A program made the position numbers and the translations under genes. The notes under the pieces were generated by a model. That model saw only the letters and a list, made by a program, of their open reading frames with translations, did no database searches and was not told where the DNA came from. Positions 60,154 through 64,000 of a stretch of DNA of 64,000 nt are shown piece after piece (position 1 is the first letter of the stretch; each line of letters opens with the position of its first letter). The DNA is from Marinicella sp. (GTDB taxonomy: Bacteria; Pseudomonadota; Gammaproteobacteria; Xanthomonadales; Marinicellaceae). The DNA lies in NCBI GenBank assembly GCA_965230295.1, contig OZ246001.1:480001-544000 (forward strand), given 5' to 3'.

Positions 60154-63100
60154 TACTCGGATGAATTGTCTTCAAAATACAATCGACTTCTGGTCACTTG
60201 ATCAGGATACACTTGATTCATGCTACTGGCTTCATACAACCGGCCATTGAGCATCACATGACTGACATCATCGGTGCTGTATATGTCTTGCATGGGATCA
60301 GAGTTCAAGATCACCATGTCAGCCAGTTTACCGGCTTTGATGCTGCCTAGCTCATGGTCCATGCCAATGTATTTGGCCGGATCAATGGTGCTGGCTTTGA
60401 TGACATTCCAGGGTGACATGCCACCTTGGGCAAACATCCACATTTCCCAATGAGAGCCCAAGCCTTCTCTTTGTCCGTGAGCACCTAACAACACATCAAC
60501 ACCTTCACTTTGTAACTCAGTAGCCACCCTCGCATTATTGAAGTGATTATAATCTTCCAATGGGGCTTTGGTTCTGCGAACAGAGACTGGCTCAAGCACA
60601 CCTTTGGGTACAAATTGGCTCAGTAAGGGGTGTTTCCAGACTTCAGTGGTGTCATACCAGTATCGCTCACCCCAAATACCGCCGTAACCAACAGTTAAAG
60701 TGGGCACATATGCGGTTTCTGTACCAGCCCAAAGCTGTTTCACATCATCATAGATCGCTGCCACTGGAATCGAATGTTCAATGCCGGTGTGGCCATCGAT
60801 GATCATCGTCATGTTGTGCATAAACAGTGATCCACCTTCAGGAACCACCATCAGACCTGTTTGTCGCGCTGCCTCCAACACCTGTTGGCGCTGGTCTCTC
60901 CTGGGTTGGTTATAACTCTTCACTGAAAAAGCACCAACGGCTTTCATCCGTTCCAAATGGCCAACAGCATCTTCTAAAGAATCCACCTTAGCGGTGAAAT
61001 AATGCGTGGCTCCATACAAAATGGTGCCGGTAGAATAAATTCTGGGTGCCGTGATGACCCCAGCCTGCTGCATCTCAGAAGCTGAAAACACAGCGGCTGT
61101 ATCAGCAGATGGGTTGTGGGTGGTGGTCACACCAAAGGCTAAATTAGCCAATGCATTCCAACTGGTTTGTGGGGTGATTTGACCGTTGGCATAAGGACCG
61201 TGCCAATGCACATCAACCAAACCGGGAATGATGGTTTTACCAGTGACATCAATGACTTCTGCATTCTCAGGGGGTTGGATCTGAGCGGCTGTACCCACGG
61301 CTGAAATCCGATTGTTGTTGATGATCACCACACCATCATTAATCACTGAGTTTTCACCCCCTGTTTGTTCCATGGTCACAATTTTTGCCCCAACCAGTGC
61401 CACTGTACCTTGTGGTACGTCAGTTTTAACAGACATTGAAATATGGGTCGTTTGGGCAACTTTGGGTTCATCATCCGCTTCATCGCCATCGCTGGTAACA
61501 TGAATTTCGCCAGCCAGGAAGTCGAATTGCTCGGACAATTTTTGTTGGTAAATCACCGGTCCCATGGACCAACTCAACGCATCTGAGCCTTCGTTCCAAC
61601 TGATGTAATTACCTGCATGTTCAGAAAACTTCTTAACCGGTAAATTACTGGCGCCTGCACCGGTGCTGATGTGTTTGCCATTGCGGATGAATGGCGTGAC
61701 ATAAACTTGATAATTTTGAATAAAAGCCAGCCATTGTTCATCCGGAGATACCTGGAAATGAGTGATCCACTCACCTTGGTAATGATTTTGTAGTTCATTC
61801 CCGGTTAAATCCGTTGATTGCAATTGTGTAGTGATCACCTCACCTGATACTGATTGCCCCATAAAAAATACCCGTGAATTGTCTTTTGTGAAGAACGGGT
61901 TGCGACCACTGTCACTGATTTTAGTTTGTTGTTTTGATTGCAGATTCACAGCAAACAAACCAGTATCATGTGAATACAATGGAGAAGTTAAATAACCTCC
62001 AGCTCCAGCTTGAAACACCACCGTCTGACCATCAACTGAGATCACAGGGTTGGTGTAATGGCCTGGTTTACTTGAAATAATTTGAGACCTGCCTTTCAGG
62101 TTTGACAAACGCACAGACCCCAAGGCTTCATCATGCCAAGTGGTATATACCAACTGCTTACCATCGGCGCTGAATTGTGGAAATAACTCGAAATGATCAT
62201 TTTGTTTGGTTAACCTTTCGGGTTCTCCATGCATGGACCCATCTTTAATCCGCACGGTATAAATCTTACCTAAGGACTGGAATACTGCCAAATCACCTTG
62301 GGGTGACAATTGCAACCATCTGAGCATTTTGGCTTCAAACTGCTCCGGAGACACCGTGTTTTTGACCGTCACAGCTTGTCTGACTTCTCTTTGATCTTCA
62401 ACGTTAAACGGGATGTTGGTTACAACCTCGGAAGCCACATCAATGTGATGAATTTGTCCTTTGGCATAGAACACAATGCCTTGCCCGTCTGAAGTCCATG
62501 ACATACTGGGATAAACACCATGTATGGCCCAGGTTTCCTGCATGTCGCGCTCTAGGTTGGTATAAATAGGTTTGACTGCTCCGCTTTCACGGTCTTGGAT
62601 AAACAGGGCACTGTTGTTGCGAATGCGGCGCACAAATGCCAAAGATTTCCCATCAGGTGATGGCGTGGGCCTGATTGCACCACCCGGGCCGGAAACCCAT
62701 GATTTGATGTCACCTGTGGCCAATTCAATGGCATAGATTTCATAAATCTGATTGTTGGCATCTTTGGAGTACTCAAAATACTGTCCCGGTGTAGAATCAC
62801 GGGAGAACAACACATATTTACCATCAGGGGTGTAGACTGGCTCACCCAAGTCTTTTTGTTCGTTCGGGCGTTTATTCAGCTGTACCCCCTTTCCTCCTGA
62901 GGTGTGATACATCCAGATTTCACCTGCCCCCAAAGAGCGCATACCCGTAAAATGTTTTCTGGCCACAATGTAGTTCCCGTCAGGTGACCAACTGGGTGAG
63001 TTCAATAACCTGAATTTTTCTTTGGTCACCTGCTGCTGGTCGCTACCATCCACTGCCATGATCCAAATGTTATCTCCACCACCTTGGTCGGAGGTGAAAG

Positions 63101-63407
63101 CCAACTGAGAGCCATCGGGTGAAAACTGTGGCTGCATGTCCCAAGCCATTGAGTTGGTGATGTTGGTCGCTTTACCACCAGCAAATGGCATGGTATAAAT
63201 ATCGCCTAACATATCAAACACAATCCACCTTCCATCCGGACTGACATCCACATTCATCCAAGTACCACTGGTGGTGTTGATATCGACCATTTTCTTGATA
63301 CCAGGGGGGTTGTTCACATCCCATTTTTTTTCTTCCGTCCCTTCATCAGCTTGCACCAGAGCAGGTGAGAAAAGAAAACTGAACATTAATAGGTAAATCG
63401 ATTTCAT
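60153..63407 (-). CDS. Exported PD40/TolB-like beta-propeller plus amidohydrolase
   Basis: Signal peptide; repeated P..SPDG; PGLVDVHWH; LGSIKAGKLAD; GGGGA RBS before 63407. Confidence 0.9.
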   Translation of the reverse strand: MKSIYLLMFSFLFSPALVQADEGTEEKKWDVNNPPGIKKMVDINTTSGTWMNVDVSPDGRWIVFDMLGDIYTMPFAGGKATNITNSMAWDMQPQFSPDGSQLAFTSDQGGGDNIWIMAVDGSDQQQVTKEKFRLLNSPSWSPDGNYIVARKHFTGMRSLGAGEIWMYHTSGGKGVQLNKRPNEQKDLGEPVYTPDGKYVLFSRDSTPGQYFEYSKDANNQIYEIYAIELATGDIKSWVSGPGGAIRPTPSPDGKSLAFVRRIRNNSALFIQDRESGAVKPIYTNLERDMQETWAIHGVYPSMSWTSDGQGIVFYAKGQIHHIDVASEVVTNIPFNVEDQREVRQAVTVKNTVSPEQFEAKMLRWLQLSPQGDLAVFQSLGKIYTVRIKDGSMHGEPERLTKQNDHFELFPQFSADGKQLVYTTWHDEALGSVRLSNLKGRSQIISSKPGHYTNPVISVDGQTVVFQAGAGGYLTSPLYSHDTGLFAVNLQSKQQTKISDSGRNPFFTKDNSRVFFMGQSVSGEVITTQLQSTDLTGNELQNHYQGEWITHFQVSPDEQWLAFIQNYQVYVTPFIRNGKHISTGAGASNLPVKKFSEHAGNYISWNEGSDALSWSMGPVIYQQKLSEQFDFLAGEIHVTSDGDEADDEPKVAQTTHISMSVKTDVPQGTVALVGAKIVTMEQTGGENSVINDGVVIINNNRISAVGTAAQIQPPENAEVIDVTGKTIIPGLVDVHWHGPYANGQITPQTSWNALANLAFGVTTTHNPSADTAAVFSASEMQQAGVITAPRIYSTGTILYGATHYFTAKVDSLEDAVGHLERMKAVGAFSVKSYNQPRRDQRQQVLEAARQTGLMVVPEGGSLFMHNMTMIIDGHTGIEHSIPVAAIYDDVKQLWAGTETAYVPTLTVGYGGIWGERYWYDTTEVWKHPLLSQFVPKGVLEPVSVRRTKAPLEDYNHFNNARVATELQSEGVDVLLGAHGQREGLGSHWEMWMFAQGGMSPWNVIKASTIDPAKYIGMDHELGSIKAGKLADMVILNSDPMQDIYSTDDVSHVMLNGRLYEASSMNQVYPDQVTRSRLYFEDNSSE

Positions 63408-63498
63408 TGGTGTCCCCATATAAACAAAGTCGATAATTATACGTTTAAAATGAAGTATATCGATTACAATCTGAAGAATTTCTAACGGCTATATTTTC

Positions 63499-64000
63499 AT
63501 GACCATAGGGTTGGGTGAATTCCTGTCATTGTTGTGTGCCCTGTTATGGGCTTTTGCAGTCATTTGTTACCGCAAGGCTGGTGACTCCATCAATGTCAGC
63601 GCCATGAACCTATTCAAAATCAGTTTAACTTTGGTGCTGATGATCCCAACCTTATATTTCACTGATGGGTTATCTCCTCCTGACTTGACGTTGGCACAAT
63701 GGGGGTTGCTGTTAATCAGCGGCTTTTTTGGCATCATGCTGGCAGACTTATTTTATCTGAGAGCCTTACAATTAATTGGTGCTGGCCTCACAGGGCTGAC
63801 CGGCAGTCTATACAGCCCTTTTGTGGTCTTTTTGTCCTTGTTTTTCTTGGGTGAACGCCTCAACATCTGGCAAATCATGGGCATGGCACTGGTGATTGTC
63901 GGGGTTATGGTCATCAGTTATCGAAAAAAATCCCTGACCATTGAACACCCACCGATCAAAGGATTTGTATATGCCGCACTGGGTGTTTTTTTCACCGCCT
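63499..64000 (+). CDS. DMT/EamA family transporter (3'-truncated; not in ORF track)
   Basis: Hand translation MTIGLGEFLSLLCALLWAFAVICYRK...ADLFYLRALQLIGAG...FLGERL...; runs off the window. Confidence 0.85.
   Translation, partial: MTIGLGEFLSLLCALLWAFAVICYRKAGDSINVSAMNLFKISLTLVLMIPTLYFTDGLSPPDLTLAQWGLLLISGFFGIMLADLFYLRALQLIGAGLTGLTGSLYSPFVVFLSLFFLGERLNIWQIMGMALVIVGVMVISYRKKSLTIEHPPIKGFVYAALGVFFTA

Overview
A 64 kb stretch of an AT-leaning marine gammaproteobacterial chromosome; gene style suggests a Marinicella/Xanthomonadales-like organism (inference only). Most of it is housekeeping or peptide catabolism: purB-roxA, gcvT-H-PA, cyclophilin, rsfS-rlmH-maf-rng-yhdP-(pqiA)-tldD, serA/D2HGDH, rnt, maiA and many secreted peptidases. 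It also holds an ovothiol locus (ovoA plus a PLP enzyme) and several REP-like repeat clusters. The standout is a minus-strand cluster at 36.5-42.5 kb: GNAT - split-borosin alpha-N-methyltransferase - 59-aa peptide - periplasmic TPR-like diguanylate cyclase - GNAT - 55-aa paralogous peptide (missing from the ORF track) - second TPR-like diguanylate cyclase. One borosin enzyme thus sits with two duplicated GNAT/peptide/cyclase modules whose peptides share leader and acidic tail but differ in a short Cys-x-x-x-Pro core, a candidate modified-peptide to c-di-GMP signalling system. Other notable signals are a shared C-terminal D-x-[IL]-[FY]-x-x-[GS]-F-E tag on three unrelated secreted proteins and a structured, GGA-hairpin-rich intergenic region at 44.1-44.9 kb. 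No rRNA, tRNA, CRISPR array or transposase was seen. All family calls come from motif recognition, not database searches.
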